The notes: a model not told the origin generated them from the sequence alone. 64,000 nucleotides of DNA from Bacteroidia bacterium (GCA_965279035.1 OZ257142.1:3776001-3840000), one strand, 5' to 3'; positions 39,184 to 50,169 are shown, counted from the first letter of the stretch. A program made the numbers and translations.

Positions 39184-40242
39184 TTAATTCCGAATAAATT
39201 TCTTGACTGTTATTCCTTTCGGACTTTGAATTTGTAGGTAATAAACACCGGGTTGAATAGCCGACAAGTCGAATTCTTGAATGGATGTAGAATTCGATTT
39301 AGTTGTTTGTATAGTGTTTACAACACGCCCAGATAAATCGGAAACAAGAATTTTCTCCACATCAGGTTGGATGCTCACGTTGATTTTACCAGAAGTTGGA
39401 TTAGGGAATAATTGAATGTTTTCGTTAGATAATTTCAGAAAACCTGTATTATCGTTATTATATGAATGATTAGCACTAACGCTATATCCTGTTTCACCAT
39501 CTGTGATTGTTGTATCGTAAGTGATTGAATAAATTGGGATTGAACCACCTTCAATGATACTTACCCATTCGTACATGGTTGAGCGAGTTTCAGAATAGGA
39601 TGTATCATTTTGTCCGAAGTATGAAGAATACGTAGTATCAACACTCAGGGTACGATGTTTAAAACGCAGCACATTTGTGTAAGTGCCAGACCAATTAAAA
39701 AGCGTTCCGTAGGCATCAACAATATAAGAGGAAGTTCCAGTTGTACTAGTAGAAGTTGAACCTAATCCAATATTAAGTGCGATTTCATAACGAAATGGAT
39801 CACTCAGGGTACTATTGAATGTAGCTGGGAATTGATATTGGATTTGAGGATTTGTATAAATCATATTGACATCCCCAAATGTAGTATTGAAAAAATTGCC
39901 TAATAGCTGAAAATTGTTCGTGTTCGCATTGACAAAGGAGTAGTAATTGTTTCCTCCAGATTGAGTACTAAAAGCAATGTTAGCACCTGGAAAAGAGCTG
40001 CTTTGGGATAATGTTGATGCATCAACAAAACTTGCGGACGTAACTTCACCGGTGTCGGCTAGCATAGAAAAATCCCACATTACATTCGCGCCAGAAGCGC
40101 CTTCGTTAGCACTACCTAACTCAACTGATGAGGTAGAAAAAGAATAACCTACAGATGGCATGCTTGAATATGTCATTGTAGGTTGCGCAACTAGTTGCAA
40201 AGTAGCAAATAGCGTTGATAAGAAAAGAATAGGGTGTTTCAT
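39184..40242 (-). CDS. T9SS type A CTD secreted protein
   Basis: Signal peptide; LFPNPT...PGVYYL...KKFI. Confidence 0.85.
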   Translation of the reverse strand: MKHPILFLSTLFATLQLVAQPTMTYSSMPSVGYSFSTSSVELGSANEGASGANVMWDFSMLADTGEVTSASFVDASTLSQSSSFPGANIAFSTQSGGNNYYSFVNANTNNFQLLGNFFNTTFGDVNMIYTNPQIQYQFPATFNSTLSDPFRYEIALNIGLGSTSTSTTGTSSYIVDAYGTLFNWSGTYTNVLRFKHRTLSVDTTYSSYFGQNDTSYSETRSTMYEWVSIIEGGSIPIYSITYDTTITDGETGYSVSANHSYNNDNTGFLKLSNENIQLFPNPTSGKINVSIQPDVEKILVSDLSGRVVNTIQTTKSNSTSIQEFDLSAIQPGVYYLQIQSPKGITVKKFIRN

Positions 40243-40322
40243 CGTAGTATAAAATTATTGAACGTGAATGAGACCGCAAAGACTAAGCCTTTGTTACACG
40301 TTTGATAAAATTTTACACCAAT

Positions 40323-41276
40323 TTATTCTTTAAAAAGAGAATCAACGAATTCGGTTTTATTAAAGAGTTGAAGGTCTTTCATGCCTTCACCTAAACCGAT
40401 ATATTTTACTGGGATTTTGAATTGATCTGAAATACCAATGACTACACCACCTTTAGCTGTACCATCTAATTTGGTAAGCGCAAGGGCATTTACATCCGTT
40501 GCTTCAGAAAACTGGCGACATTGTTCAATCGCATTTTGCCCGGTTGATGCATCTAAGACTAATAAAATCTCGTGTGGAGCATCGGGAACAACCTTTTGCA
40601 TTACACGTTTGATTTTACTCAACTCGTTCATTAGGTTGACTTTATTATGTAGTCGACCAGCGGTGTCGATAATGACCACATCGGCATTCCTAGCTTTTCC
40701 CATCTGCACAGCATCATAAGCAACAGCAGCAGGATCGGCGTTCATTCCGTGTTGCACGAGCGGCACTCCTACCCGATCGGCCCAGATGGTAATTTGATCT
40801 ACTGCAGCTGCACGAAAAGTATCAGCAGCACCAAGCACAACAGATTTTCCAGCTTCTTTAAATTGGTAGGCTAATTTGGCGATGGTGGTTGTTTTTCCTA
40901 CACCGTTTACACCAACAACCATAATTACATAAGGACCATCGGTTTTAGGAAGGTCGAATTCGGTTTGGTCGCTGCTACGATTTTCTTCGAGCAATGCAGC
41001 GATTTCTTCTTTTAGAATTCCATTGAGTTCGGAGGTGGTGGTGTATTTTTCGCGACCAACTCGGGCTTCAATGCGTTCGATTATTTTGAGTGTGGTAGTA
41101 ACTCCGACATCGGCACCAATGAGAATTTCCTCCAGATTATCGAGAACTTCATCATCTACCTTCGATTTACCGATGAGAACCTTTGCCAGTTTGGAAAAGA
41201 AACTCTCTTTGGTTTTGGCCAGCCCTTGATCGAGGGTTTCCTTTTTCTCACGTGAAAATAAACCGAAAAATGCCAT
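40323..41276 (-). CDS. ftsY: Signal recognition particle receptor
   Basis: GVNGVGKTTT, DTFRAAA, DTAGR, TKLDGTAKGG. Confidence 0.97.
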   Translation of the reverse strand: MAFFGLFSREKKETLDQGLAKTKESFFSKLAKVLIGKSKVDDEVLDNLEEILIGADVGVTTTLKIIERIEARVGREKYTTTSELNGILKEEIAALLEENRSSDQTEFDLPKTDGPYVIMVVGVNGVGKTTTIAKLAYQFKEAGKSVVLGAADTFRAAAVDQITIWADRVGVPLVQHGMNADPAAVAYDAVQMGKARNADVVIIDTAGRLHNKVNLMNELSKIKRVMQKVVPDAPHEILLVLDASTGQNAIEQCRQFSEATDVNALALTKLDGTAKGGVVIGISDQFKIPVKYIGLGEGMKDLQLFNKTEFVDSLFKE

Positions 41277-41369
41277 AGATGTAGGATTGAAAAGGGCTGT
41301 AGCCTGTTAGCAAAAAAAGCTCCTTCCGGTTTGGAAGAAGCTTACAATCTTGGATGCATCCATTAAAAA

Positions 41370-41525
41370 TTATTTCCCGTTAAGGAAATCTTTCACGTGG
41401 TCGTTGTGTACCACTTCTTCTTTGAATGCGTATGCGCCAGTCTTAGGCGATTTCACCATCTTAATCACTTTTGTAAATGATTTTCCGGCGCCAGTTTTCA
41501 GGGTTGCAACTACTTTCTTAGCCAT
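41370..41525 (-). CDS. DUF4295 family small protein (51 aa, not in the ORF track)
   Basis: MAKKVVATLKTGAGKSFTKVIKMVKSPKTGAYAFKEE...; usual position between rpmG and ftsY. Confidence 0.88.
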   Translation of the reverse strand: MAKKVVATLKTGAGKSFTKVIKMVKSPKTGAYAFKEEVVHNDHVKDFLNGK

Positions 41526-41535
41526 GGTTCAGCGA

Positions 41536-41718
41536 TTACTTGATTTCTTTATGAACGGTTACGCGTTTCAACACAGAATTGTATTTCTTCAACTCGATAC
41601 GCTCCGTTGTGTTTTTTTTGTTCTTCGTTGTGATATAACGTGAAGTTCCCGGTACGCCGGAAGTCTTGTGCTCGGTGCACTCCAGGATAACCTGAACACG
41701 ATTGCCTTTTTTCGCCAT
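41536..41718 (-). CDS. rpmG: 50S ribosomal protein L33
   Basis: [17 protein letters not shown]...RY.T.KN.KNT.ER.ELKKY. Confidence 0.97.
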   Translation of the reverse strand: MAKKGNRVQVILECTEHKTSGVPGTSRYITTKNKKNTTERIELKKYNSVLKRVTVHKEIK

Positions 41719-41800
41719 GGCGATGAATCTTTAGTTTTAAGGGCTGCAAATATAGTCAAATCATTTTTCCGTCAAACAGTATCGATGAAAAATAATTAAA

Positions 41801-41928
41801 AATGTGCTGATAAGATGATGTGCTGATAAGATGATGTGCTGGTGTGTTGGTGTGTTGGTGTGTTAGTGTGTTGATTAATCAGCACATTTTCTAACTAGCA
41901 CATCAGCACATTAAATAATTAGCACATC
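41801..41928. repeat. Octamer repeat cluster arranged as direct then inverted copies
   Basis: atgtgctgat/gtgttggt units followed by cagcacat units. Confidence 0.8.
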
Positions 41929-42724
41929 AACTATTATCCCCATCCAATAATCCTCCCAATCCACCCAGTAAAGAACCTTCTTCTTTACCACCACGGCCTA
42001 AACCTGGGGCATAACGAAGTACGCGACCGGCAAGTCGACTGAATGGTAAAGATTGAATCCACACTTTTCCGGGACCGGTTAGTTGAGCGAAGAATACGCC
42101 TTCACCACCAAATAAGGTGTTTTTAATACCACCAATAAATTGAATATCGTAATCAACATTTTGGGTGAATGCAACGATACAACCGGTGTCGATACGAAGG
42201 ATTTCGCCAGGTTTAAGTTCACGCTCGATGATGGTTCCGCATGAATGAACGAATGCCCAACCATCGCCTTCCAACTTTTGCATGATGAATCCTTCGCCTC
42301 CAAACAACCCAGTTCCTAATCGTTTTTGAAATTCAATACCGATTGAAACACCACGAGCAGCACATAGAAATGCATCTTTCTGACAAATTACTTTGCCTTG
42401 ATACATGGTTAAATCCAATGGGATGATTTTTCCGGGATACGGTGCGGCAAAGGTCACTTGTTGCTTTCCTTGCCCTACATTAGTATAAACGGTCATGAAT
42501 AAGCTTTCACCCGTTAAAACACGCTTTCCGGCGGTCATTAGTTTACCAAAAAAGCTTTGCTCTTGGGCACGACCATCACCAAAGATGGTTTCCATTTTTA
42601 TGCCTTGGTCCATCATCATGAACGATCCAGCTTCGGCAACAACTGCTTCTTGTGGATCTAATTCAATTTCTACACATTGCATCTCTGAGCCAATGATGCG
42701 GTAATCGATTTCGTGGGAATTCAT
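41927..42724 (-). CDS. TIGR00266 / AIM24 family protein
   Basis: AEAG, GESLF, GGEG repeats, G.VW.QS. Confidence 0.9.
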   Translation of the reverse strand: MNSHEIDYRIIGSEMQCVEIELDPQEAVVAEAGSFMMMDQGIKMETIFGDGRAQEQSFFGKLMTAGKRVLTGESLFMTVYTNVGQGKQQVTFAAPYPGKIIPLDLTMYQGKVICQKDAFLCAARGVSIGIEFQKRLGTGLFGGEGFIMQKLEGDGWAFVHSCGTIIERELKPGEILRIDTGCIVAFTQNVDYDIQFIGGIKNTLFGGEGVFFAQLTGPGKVWIQSLPFSRLAGRVLRYAPGLGRGGKEEGSLLGGLGGLLDGDNS

Positions 42725-42774
42725 AAACTATAGTTTAAAATGAAAAAGGCCGGTAATAAACCGGCCCTGAAATA

Positions 42775-43899
42775 TTAGTTATTCATCATCACTGGCATCA
42801 CCAGCATGAGTAAATCTTCGTCTTTGTCGCTTGTTTCGGCATCAGGTAATAAGATACCGGCGCGGTTAGGTGCGCTCATGTTTAGGTTGATGCGCTCCGT
42901 TTCTAAATTGCTCAACATTTCGGTGATGAATTTCGAGTTGAATGCAATCTCCATGTCTTCACCTTCGTATTGACACGTCAAGCGCTCCGATGCAGAATTT
43001 GCGTAGTCCGGATCTTCGGCAGTCAATTGCAATTCGCTTCCTTGAATGTTCAATTTTACTTGGTTGGTGCTGCGACTAGAGAAAATCGCTACACGACGAA
43101 TGGACGTCATCAAATCCTGACGAGCCATGGTGAGTTTGTATGGATTTTCTTTCGGAATAACAGCTTCGTAGTTTGGATAACGACCATCAATTAGGCGACA
43201 AACCAAATTGATATGATCGAAAGAGAATGAAGCATTTTTCGCATTGAAACTCACGGCCACATCTCCATCTACATAACCCAATAAGCTTTTTAATAGGTTG
43301 AGTGGTTTTTTAGGAAGGATGAATGAAGCATCTTCAGCAGCTTTTACATCGAGGCGACGATAACGAACCAAACGGTGAGAATCGGTCGCAACCATGGTCA
43401 TGTGATCAGGACCAACTTGCATAAATACACCCGACATCACAGGACGAAGATCGTCGTTTCCTGTAGCGAAAATAGTTTTGTTGATACCACTAAACAAAAT
43501 AGATGCATCTACATTGAAAGTAGCTCCATCTTCAATTTCAGGAATACGCGGAAACTCTTCTGGATCGTGCCCATTGAGTTTGTATTTACCGTATCCTGAA
43601 GCGATCTCGATACCGTAATTATCGCTGTTTATTAAAAAGGTAAGAGGTTGTTCTGGGAAACTTTTTAATGTTTCGAGAAGCATTTTTGCAGGAATAGCAA
43701 CACGTCCTGGCTCAGCAGCATCGGCTTTAAAGGTTGTACTGATGGTATTGTCGAGGTCGGATGCAAACACTTTCAATTCCCCTTCGGAGATTTCAAACAG
43801 GAAATCTTCCAGAATAGGCAAGCTGGTATTTGTGCTTAAAACACCCGAAATTGCCTGTAGTTGCTTGAGAAGCGTACTGCTTGATATGATAAACTTCAT
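42775..43899 (-). CDS. dnaN: DNA polymerase III beta clamp
   Basis: ATDSHRL, RLIDGRYPNYEAVIP, LVMPV. Confidence 0.97.
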   Translation of the reverse strand: MKFIISSSTLLKQLQAISGVLSTNTSLPILEDFLFEISEGELKVFASDLDNTISTTFKADAAEPGRVAIPAKMLLETLKSFPEQPLTFLINSDNYGIEIASGYGKYKLNGHDPEEFPRIPEIEDGATFNVDASILFSGINKTIFATGNDDLRPVMSGVFMQVGPDHMTMVATDSHRLVRYRRLDVKAAEDASFILPKKPLNLLKSLLGYVDGDVAVSFNAKNASFSFDHINLVCRLIDGRYPNYEAVIPKENPYKLTMARQDLMTSIRRVAIFSSRSTNQVKLNIQGSELQLTAEDPDYANSASERLTCQYEGEDMEIAFNSKFITEMLSNLETERINLNMSAPNRAGILLPDAETSDKDEDLLMLVMPVMMNN

Positions 43900-43996
43900 T
43901 GCTTTCTTTTTTTAAGGGGCGTAAAGATAGAGGATTGAAAGAAATTCCAACCAAATCAATTTTGCTTCTGAGAAGAAAATATGTTAACCAACAATC

Positions 43997-45010
43997 TTAT
44001 CGTCTTAAAAACCATCCGGCAGGCTTGATAACCTTATCGAATTGATAATATTGTATCAACACAAAGTCTTTCCCATTATTGATCATCCCATACATGCGAT
44101 CGACATCAAAAGGAGGAACTACCTCGCCTTCGGCAACATCCGAAACTAAACTCGAAGGACGACGATAGCCTTTCATCGAATTGACTTGTCCATTTTTATG
44201 GGTAACAGCTACTTCGATAAACGGTGGAGATGCGAGAATTGAATCTTTGATGGTTTTAGAAAAGGTCTCAACCACTTCGAATTCATAGCCAATATTTCGA
44301 AAGCCATTAAGGTATTCGAAAGCACGAAGTGAATCCAAAGCTGGATCGGGTTTGGGATTTCCGGGATGGTAAAACGTGGTAATTTTCCCATCATACTTCA
44401 CTGTAAAACCATCTTGAGGCATTCCGGGATATTTCACCTCAACAGAACGCATATCGCGGTAATCGTAGCGAAAAATGACAGGATCGCGCCACAATCTACC
44501 ATCCGAATTAAAACGTGTTTGGAGAAAGCCTTTGAAACCCGGAATATGAACTTCGTATGGTGAATCGGCACCGTCAATTAACATGTACGTAGCCATTTTA
44601 TCGGGTGTTTCTGCAGCCATAAAAATGACCTTACTCAATTTCCCGTTTTGATAAATCTCCACTTTCTTTTGAGATGGACCGGCAAGATCTTTCAATACTT
44701 TTTGCTCCATCGACTTCGCGACAGGCGTTCTCACCACCATTTTATTAAGCGTTTCAAGTAGCATTTTTATTCCGTCTTTTCGTGCTTCATATTTCCCATC
44801 AACCATCCACACATTTCCACTTTTGCGCTCGAGTAGGGCTTTATGATTGAATTTATCAGCAATGAAGATTCGGTCGATTGAAGCAGTGTCTTCCACCGTA
44901 AAATTCTTTAAATCTCCTCCACGTGTATTATTTCCATTATGAAGAAGCAAATACGTAACAACAGCGGCAAGCAGAATAATCCCAATGAGTAAAAGTCGGT
45001 TCGTTTTCAT
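43997..45010 (-). CDS. DUF4340-like membrane-anchored protein of the gldFG operon
   Basis: N-terminal TM; directly downstream of gldG; WRD motif. Confidence 0.65.
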   Translation of the reverse strand: MKTNRLLLIGIILLAAVVTYLLLHNGNNTRGGDLKNFTVEDTASIDRIFIADKFNHKALLERKSGNVWMVDGKYEARKDGIKMLLETLNKMVVRTPVAKSMEQKVLKDLAGPSQKKVEIYQNGKLSKVIFMAAETPDKMATYMLIDGADSPYEVHIPGFKGFLQTRFNSDGRLWRDPVIFRYDYRDMRSVEVKYPGMPQDGFTVKYDGKITTFYHPGNPKPDPALDSLRAFEYLNGFRNIGYEFEVVETFSKTIKDSILASPPFIEVAVTHKNGQVNSMKGYRRPSSLVSDVAEGEVVPPFDVDRMYGMINNGKDFVLIQYYQFDKVIKPAGWFLRR

Positions 45011-45017
45011 GAGATGA

Positions 45018-46775
45018 CTATTTTCTACTGAATTTACGTTTACGCAAAAACGTTAATAAAGCACCAGCTAATAATATAAGTATGATAGGCACTACCACGT
45101 TTTTTACTTGAATAGCAGTGCGTGAAGACTTCACTTGAGTTTCGTCGAGTAAACGCAATTTAACTTCTCTCGAACGAACCGAAATCAATCCAGAATCATC
45201 GCAGAGGTAATTCACACAATTCAACAAGAAATCTTTATTGCCAAAAAGCTCACCTGTATAACGATCATAACCTAAAGGTGCCATGCTGCCTGTTGCCCTT
45301 GAATAGCTGTTTTTGATCACATCGCCATCTCCAACTACAATCATCGCCGTTGGTTTTATACCCGATTCGAGGAAGCCAATTTTGTCGGAATTACGAATTT
45401 GTGGTGACATCCGATGGCGGAAGTTCGAGGTAAATGTTCCTTCGAGCAAAACAGCGAAAGGCAAACCTGAACTTGAATATTGTCGTGGATCGGGCGTTTC
45501 GCGTAGAATATTCAGTGAGATTCTTGCTGGAGTAGTTAAAATCCGTGATCGTTTTGAACTAGCGAGCAGAATTGTTTTCTTGATATCGGGTGCGCCAACA
45601 GTATCAACCGTACTCACAAATTCAAAACGAGTAGCATTGAGATTATTCACCACCGGATGATTGCTTGAAGGCAAACTCAAAGGAAAAAATGGCCAACGTT
45701 TCGGAATAAATCGTGGTTGATTTCCCATCATCCCTGCAACAACCGGAATGACTGAAGCACGCAAATCGGCCACTAAATCGGGATTGACACGCGCGCCATA
45801 GATGAACAATTGATCATCTAAATTGAGATCGATTGGGTAGACGAATTTGTTACTGTAAACGGTTAAGCTGTCCATCGATGCATCCACCTTATTGAGTAGC
45901 CAAAGCACTTTGCCACCTCGCATTATGTATTGATCGATGATGAATTTATCCTTTTCACTAAAAGCCGAATCGGGGCTAGCAATGATGATGGCTTTATAAC
46001 GCGGAATAAATTTAACGGTATCGTTTTTCTCCGTCCGTAGAACAAGACTTGTGAGATTGCTATCAAGGCGTTTGCGCTCAACAGCATAATATTCTTCCAA
46101 GGAAATTGTAAGGTCTTTAGTATCGAGTGAATCGAGTTCGCCATGACCTTCGATAAAGCAAATACGAGGTTTGATGACAGTTCCCAGTTTGCGAATGGTA
46201 TTGGTCATTTCGTATTCCAAATCGTTCACCGAACGGGTGATAAGTTCTTCTTCGTTCGCATAGGTTTGGCTACGCAATAATTGCAAAGGAAGTGCTCGCC
46301 CTTTGAATGTGATGATAGCACCTGGCCAGATAAGCGTTTGAGAAACTCCAGATGCTTTTTGTTCAACCGGATTGGTGTATGTTAAACCTGCTTCAAGCAA
46401 TTGCTGGTAGATGGCTTTTCGTTCTTTTTCGTTCTCACTTTCCGAAGGATTGATGAATTCGTATTCTACAAAAGAGGAATATGCGCGAAATTCATCCAGT
46501 AATTCTTTGGTTGAGTTCCGAAGCTTCTTGTAGTTTGCAGGAAGATCGCCTTCGAGATACACCTTGATGTAAACGTAATCATCAAGATTTTCGAGAAGAG
46601 AAATGGTTGCATCACTCAAGGAATATCGCCGTTCGGAGGTTAAATCGAATCGTGTGAATTTAAAAGAAGCAGCAAGGTTTGCAAGTATTAGCAATACTAT
46701 GAGCAACACCAGATTCAATATGGCGCTCCTTTTCAAACGGGATGTGGAAGAGGGTTTATTCGCCATAATTACCAA
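45018..46775 (-). CDS. gldG: Gliding motility ABC transporter substrate-binding protein GldG
   Basis: RFDLTSERRYSLS, GHGE, DQYIMRGGK, GNKDFLLN. Confidence 0.92.
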   Translation of the reverse strand: MVIMANKPSSTSRLKRSAILNLVLLIVLLILANLAASFKFTRFDLTSERRYSLSDATISLLENLDDYVYIKVYLEGDLPANYKKLRNSTKELLDEFRAYSSFVEYEFINPSESENEKERKAIYQQLLEAGLTYTNPVEQKASGVSQTLIWPGAIITFKGRALPLQLLRSQTYANEEELITRSVNDLEYEMTNTIRKLGTVIKPRICFIEGHGELDSLDTKDLTISLEEYYAVERKRLDSNLTSLVLRTEKNDTVKFIPRYKAIIIASPDSAFSEKDKFIIDQYIMRGGKVLWLLNKVDASMDSLTVYSNKFVYPIDLNLDDQLFIYGARVNPDLVADLRASVIPVVAGMMGNQPRFIPKRWPFFPLSLPSSNHPVVNNLNATRFEFVSTVDTVGAPDIKKTILLASSKRSRILTTPARISLNILRETPDPRQYSSSGLPFAVLLEGTFTSNFRHRMSPQIRNSDKIGFLESGIKPTAMIVVGDGDVIKNSYSRATGSMAPLGYDRYTGELFGNKDFLLNCVNYLCDDSGLISVRSREVKLRLLDETQVKSSRTAIQVKNVVVPIILILLAGALLTFLRKRKFSRK

Positions 46776-47500
46776 GTGCGACTAAGCAGTCGAAAGCGTG
46801 TAAGTGCTAGAAAAAATACAGTGAACGAAATGAAATAGACTAAGTCGCGACTGTCGATTACACCTCGACTCATGGAACCAAAATGGTCGTTAATTCCAAG
46901 TTTGATGATGAGTTGATCGATTGGGTGAAAAAGTTCCATGGAGGCAATCGAGTCAAATCCAGCATAGAAAAAGAAACAGAGAAAGAATCCAATCAGGAAA
47001 GAAACGATTTGATTTTCGGTGAGAGAAGAAGCGAACAATCCAATGGAAACGAATGAACCACCTAAGAAAATCAATCCAAGATAGGAGCCCCACGTTCCAC
47101 CGGAATCGATGTTCCCAACTGGATTTCCGAGTGATTTTATGCTGAAATAATAGACGATTGTAGGCAATACGGAGAAAATCACCAAAAGCAAACCAGCGAA
47201 ATACTTTGCAGTAATGATTTGCCATTCGCTGAGAGGTCGAGTGAGCAATAATTCGATTGTTCCTGTACGTTGCTCTTCGGCGAAGGAACGCATAGTAATG
47301 GCTGGGATGAGAAACATAAACACCCAAGGAGCGATGACGAATAAACTTTCAAGCGAAGCAAAGCCGGCGTCGAGAATGTTAAAGTTCCCCGGAAATACCC
47401 AGAGAAAAAGTCCAATGGCCAGCAAGAAAATCGTAATAACGCTGTACCCGATGATTGATGTGAGGAAACTGCTGATCTCCTTTCGCAATAGTGCTATCAT
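46769..47500 (-). CDS. gldF: Gliding motility ABC transporter permease GldF
   Basis: PAITMRSFAEEQRTGTIELLLTRP, GVIDSRD. Confidence 0.93.
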   Translation of the reverse strand: MIALLRKEISSFLTSIIGYSVITIFLLAIGLFLWVFPGNFNILDAGFASLESLFVIAPWVFMFLIPAITMRSFAEEQRTGTIELLLTRPLSEWQIITAKYFAGLLLVIFSVLPTIVYYFSIKSLGNPVGNIDSGGTWGSYLGLIFLGGSFVSIGLFASSLTENQIVSFLIGFFLCFFFYAGFDSIASMELFHPIDQLIIKLGINDHFGSMSRGVIDSRDLVYFISFTVFFLALTRFRLLSRTW

Positions 47501-47679
47501 TCGAAAGCCCGTGTTTTAGCAGGGACGCGCAAAAATACACCTTTTTAATTCTGAGCAACACGAACAGAAAATGTCGCTTGTCGGAAATCTCCCTTCGAAC
47601 AATCGCATAGCATAGTAACACAAAACTCATTAGCAATTTAATAATAGGGTATTATCCTACCTCGTCTTACCTTTTTTCC

Positions 47680-48066
47680 CCGGAATGAATTCCGGGGTTG
47701 CCTGGAATAATTATTCAAACATCATATTATCAAATCAAAAAAAATGTCACATCTCCCGATAACTATCGGGATAACCAGCACGCTTCGACAGGCTCAGCGC
47801 GCGGGCTTTTGGGAGAGGAACCCTGCTCCCTGAGCTTGTCGAAAGGAGCACATTAACAAATCATCGACAGGCTCAGCGCGCGGGTTTTTGGGAGAGGAAC
47901 CCTGCTCCCTGAGCTTGTCGAAAGGAGCACATTAACAAATCATCGACAGGTTCAGCGCGCGAGCTTTTGGGAGAGAAAACCTGCTCCCTGAGTTTGTCGA
48001 AGGGAGCACATTACCGGAATGAATTCCGGGGATGCCAGAAGGAATCAATCAAACATCATATTATCA
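47680..48066 (-). repeat. Composite repeat block: three ~79-bp CTTCGACA-family units bracketed by two CCGGAATGAATTCCGG palindromic direct repeats
   Basis: tcgacagg at about 47785, 47864 and 47943; flanking repeats at about 47681 and 48014; reverse complement of the 24143 unit. Confidence 0.85.
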
Positions 48067-48139
48067 TTTCAAAAAAATAACACATCATCTAACCAGCACA
48101 CCAGCACATCAATTACCTTTGCTGCCTCAAAAAACAACC

Positions 48140-49468
48140 ATGATTATTGAACAACTATACGATAAAGGGCTTGCGCATGGCTCATATATTATAATTAGTG
48201 AAGGTCAAGCTGCGGTAATTGATCCGGCGCGTGATCCTCAGCCCTATTATGATTTTGTTGAGAAGCATCAGGCAAAGATTGTAGCTGTAATAGAAACACA
48301 TCCTCATGCCGATTTTGTTTCGAGTCACCACGAAATAGCTCAAAAAACGGGAGCAACAATTTATGTAAGTAAGCTACTAGGAGCAGATTATCCACATCGT
48401 GCTTTTGATGATGGTGATGAAATTTCATTGGGAAATACACGTCTTCAGGCAATGAATACACCTGGACATTCGCCCGATAGTATTTGTGTGTTACTGAAAG
48501 ATGAACAAGGGAAAGATCATTCTTTATTTTCTGGCGATACCTTATTTGTGGGTGATGTAGGACGACCTGATTTGCGTGAGTCGGTAGGAAACGTGACAGC
48601 CCAACGCGAAGAATTAGCAAAAGCAATGTTTCATTCGGTGCAAGACAAACTCAAGAAACTTCACGAAGAAGTATTGGTATATCCAGCTCATGGAGCAGGT
48701 TCCTTGTGTGGGAAAAATTTGAGTAGCGATTTATCGAGCAGCATTGGAAGAGAATTGAAAACGAATTATGCATTTCAGATTTCGGATGAATCGGAATTTG
48801 TAAAAGCCTTGATTCAAGATCAACCTTTTGTACCGAAATATTTTGGATACGATGTGAATTTGAATAAAAAAGGTGCAAGTGCATTTGAAGCAAGTATCGC
48901 TGCTGTTCCAAGAATAGCGGCCGATTCAGTTTTAGAGAAAGGTGTATTAGTTATCGATACACGTCCGCAGACAGCTTTCCGAAATGGACATTTGCATGGT
49001 AGTATTAATTTGATGGATGGAGGAAAATTTGAGACTTGGTTGGGGTCTTTAGTTGGACCAGAAGAGCAATTTTATCTCATTGCAGAAAGTCCAGAAAAGA
49101 TTGAAATTCTCATTCGTAAGGCAGCTAAAATCGGATATGAAACACGCATCAAAGGTGCATTAACTACACCTCCTCAATTGATTGAAACATTGGAGGAGGT
49201 TGATGTAGATGATGTTCGAACGATGAGTGATGCTTATACAATTGTTGACATTCGGAATACAGGCGAAACAGCAACGCGTCGTATTTTTCCAGGAGCGCTA
49301 GAAATTCCACTCCCAGAATTACGGGAGCGTTTAGCGGAAATCCCTTCAGATAAACCCATTTTGGTTCATTGTGCAGCTGGTTATCGTTCGGCTGCTGGGG
49401 CAAGCATTATTCAACCTTATGTGAATGTTCCTGTGTACGATTTGGGTGAAGCCATTTTGACTTTTTAA
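48140..49468 (+). CDS. MBL-fold persulfide dioxygenase-like protein with two rhodanese domains
   Basis: THPHADF, TPGHS, SGDTLF, PAHGAGSLCG, HCAAGYRS; start at MIIEQ. Confidence 0.88.
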   Translation: MIIEQLYDKGLAHGSYIIISEGQAAVIDPARDPQPYYDFVEKHQAKIVAVIETHPHADFVSSHHEIAQKTGATIYVSKLLGADYPHRAFDDGDEISLGNTRLQAMNTPGHSPDSICVLLKDEQGKDHSLFSGDTLFVGDVGRPDLRESVGNVTAQREELAKAMFHSVQDKLKKLHEEVLVYPAHGAGSLCGKNLSSDLSSSIGRELKTNYAFQISDESEFVKALIQDQPFVPKYFGYDVNLNKKGASAFEASIAAVPRIAADSVLEKGVLVIDTRPQTAFRNGHLHGSINLMDGGKFETWLGSLVGPEEQFYLIAESPEKIEILIRKAAKIGYETRIKGALTTPPQLIETLEEVDVDDVRTMSDAYTIVDIRNTGETATRRIFPGALEIPLPELRERLAEIPSDKPILVHCAAGYRSAAGASIIQPYVNVPVYDLGEAILTF

Positions 49469-49477
49469 TTTTAGCTG

Positions 49478-49900
49478 ATGAAAAACATCTTTTTAATTCT
49501 TTCGATTTTAGTGGCAATTCCTGCTATTGCTCAGAAAAAAGGAAGGCTCGAAAAGCTTGATCCGAAAGCATTTCAGGTAAAGACGGTTCATTTAAAAGGG
49601 ACAATACTTGATGTTCGCAACAAGGATGAATTTGGAGCAGAGCATTTAAAATCTGCAAAAAACCTCGATTGGGATTCGAAAGAATTCAAGGAGATAGCGA
49701 AGAAGTTGCCTCATTATGAGCCGGTATTTTTGTATTGTCAAGGCGGATATCGCAGCAATTTAGCGGCTGAATGGTTTTTGGAAGAAGGATTTTCTACTGT
49801 TATTGTTTTAGATAACGGCATTGATGCTTGGAAAGATGCCGGATTACCTGTTGAAGGTGATGCTTTACCGGGAAAAAAATCGAATAGTTCTTACGAATAA
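49478..49900 (+). CDS. Secreted rhodanese-like protein
   Basis: Signal peptide, LDVR...EF...H, YCQGGYRS. Confidence 0.85.
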   Translation: MKNIFLILSILVAIPAIAQKKGRLEKLDPKAFQVKTVHLKGTILDVRNKDEFGAEHLKSAKNLDWDSKEFKEIAKKLPHYEPVFLYCQGGYRSNLAAEWFLEEGFSTVIVLDNGIDAWKDAGLPVEGDALPGKKSNSSYE

Positions 49901-50007
49901 ACTCGAGTCATTTTTTGTTCAAGAAAAATGAAGAATGTGCATTCTGAAAAGAGGTTTCGGTTTGCTTTTCTGATTCATAAAAAACGAATGATCAAACTGA
50001 CTTGAAA

Positions 50008-50113
50008 GCAGCAGCGATAGAGCGAAAAGCCCGCATTGTTCGCCGAAGCTTGAGCGAAGGGGAACAAGAGGTTCCGATAGCTATCGGAATTAGCGAAAGC
50101 GAGGGCGCTGTCC
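50008..50113 (+). ncRNA. Structured dispersed intergenic element, copy 2 (with an inserted 18-bp palindrome)
   Basis: GCAGC-AGCGAT...GCTGT-CC; internal sequence homologous to the reverse complement of 53681-53782. Confidence 0.45.
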
Positions 50114-50126
50114 AAATTATTTAAAT

Positions 50127-50169
50127 AAAAAATCCCCCGCTAATTCTTAATTAACGGGGGATTTATTTT
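50127..50169. terminator. Bidirectional intrinsic terminator
   Basis: aaaaaatccccc...gggggattt hairpin between convergent genes. Confidence 0.65.

Noticed and set aside
48032-48139. N-terminal extension of the MBL-rhodanese ORF
   Set aside because: Derived from repeat sequence; the family-typical start is MIIEQ at 48140
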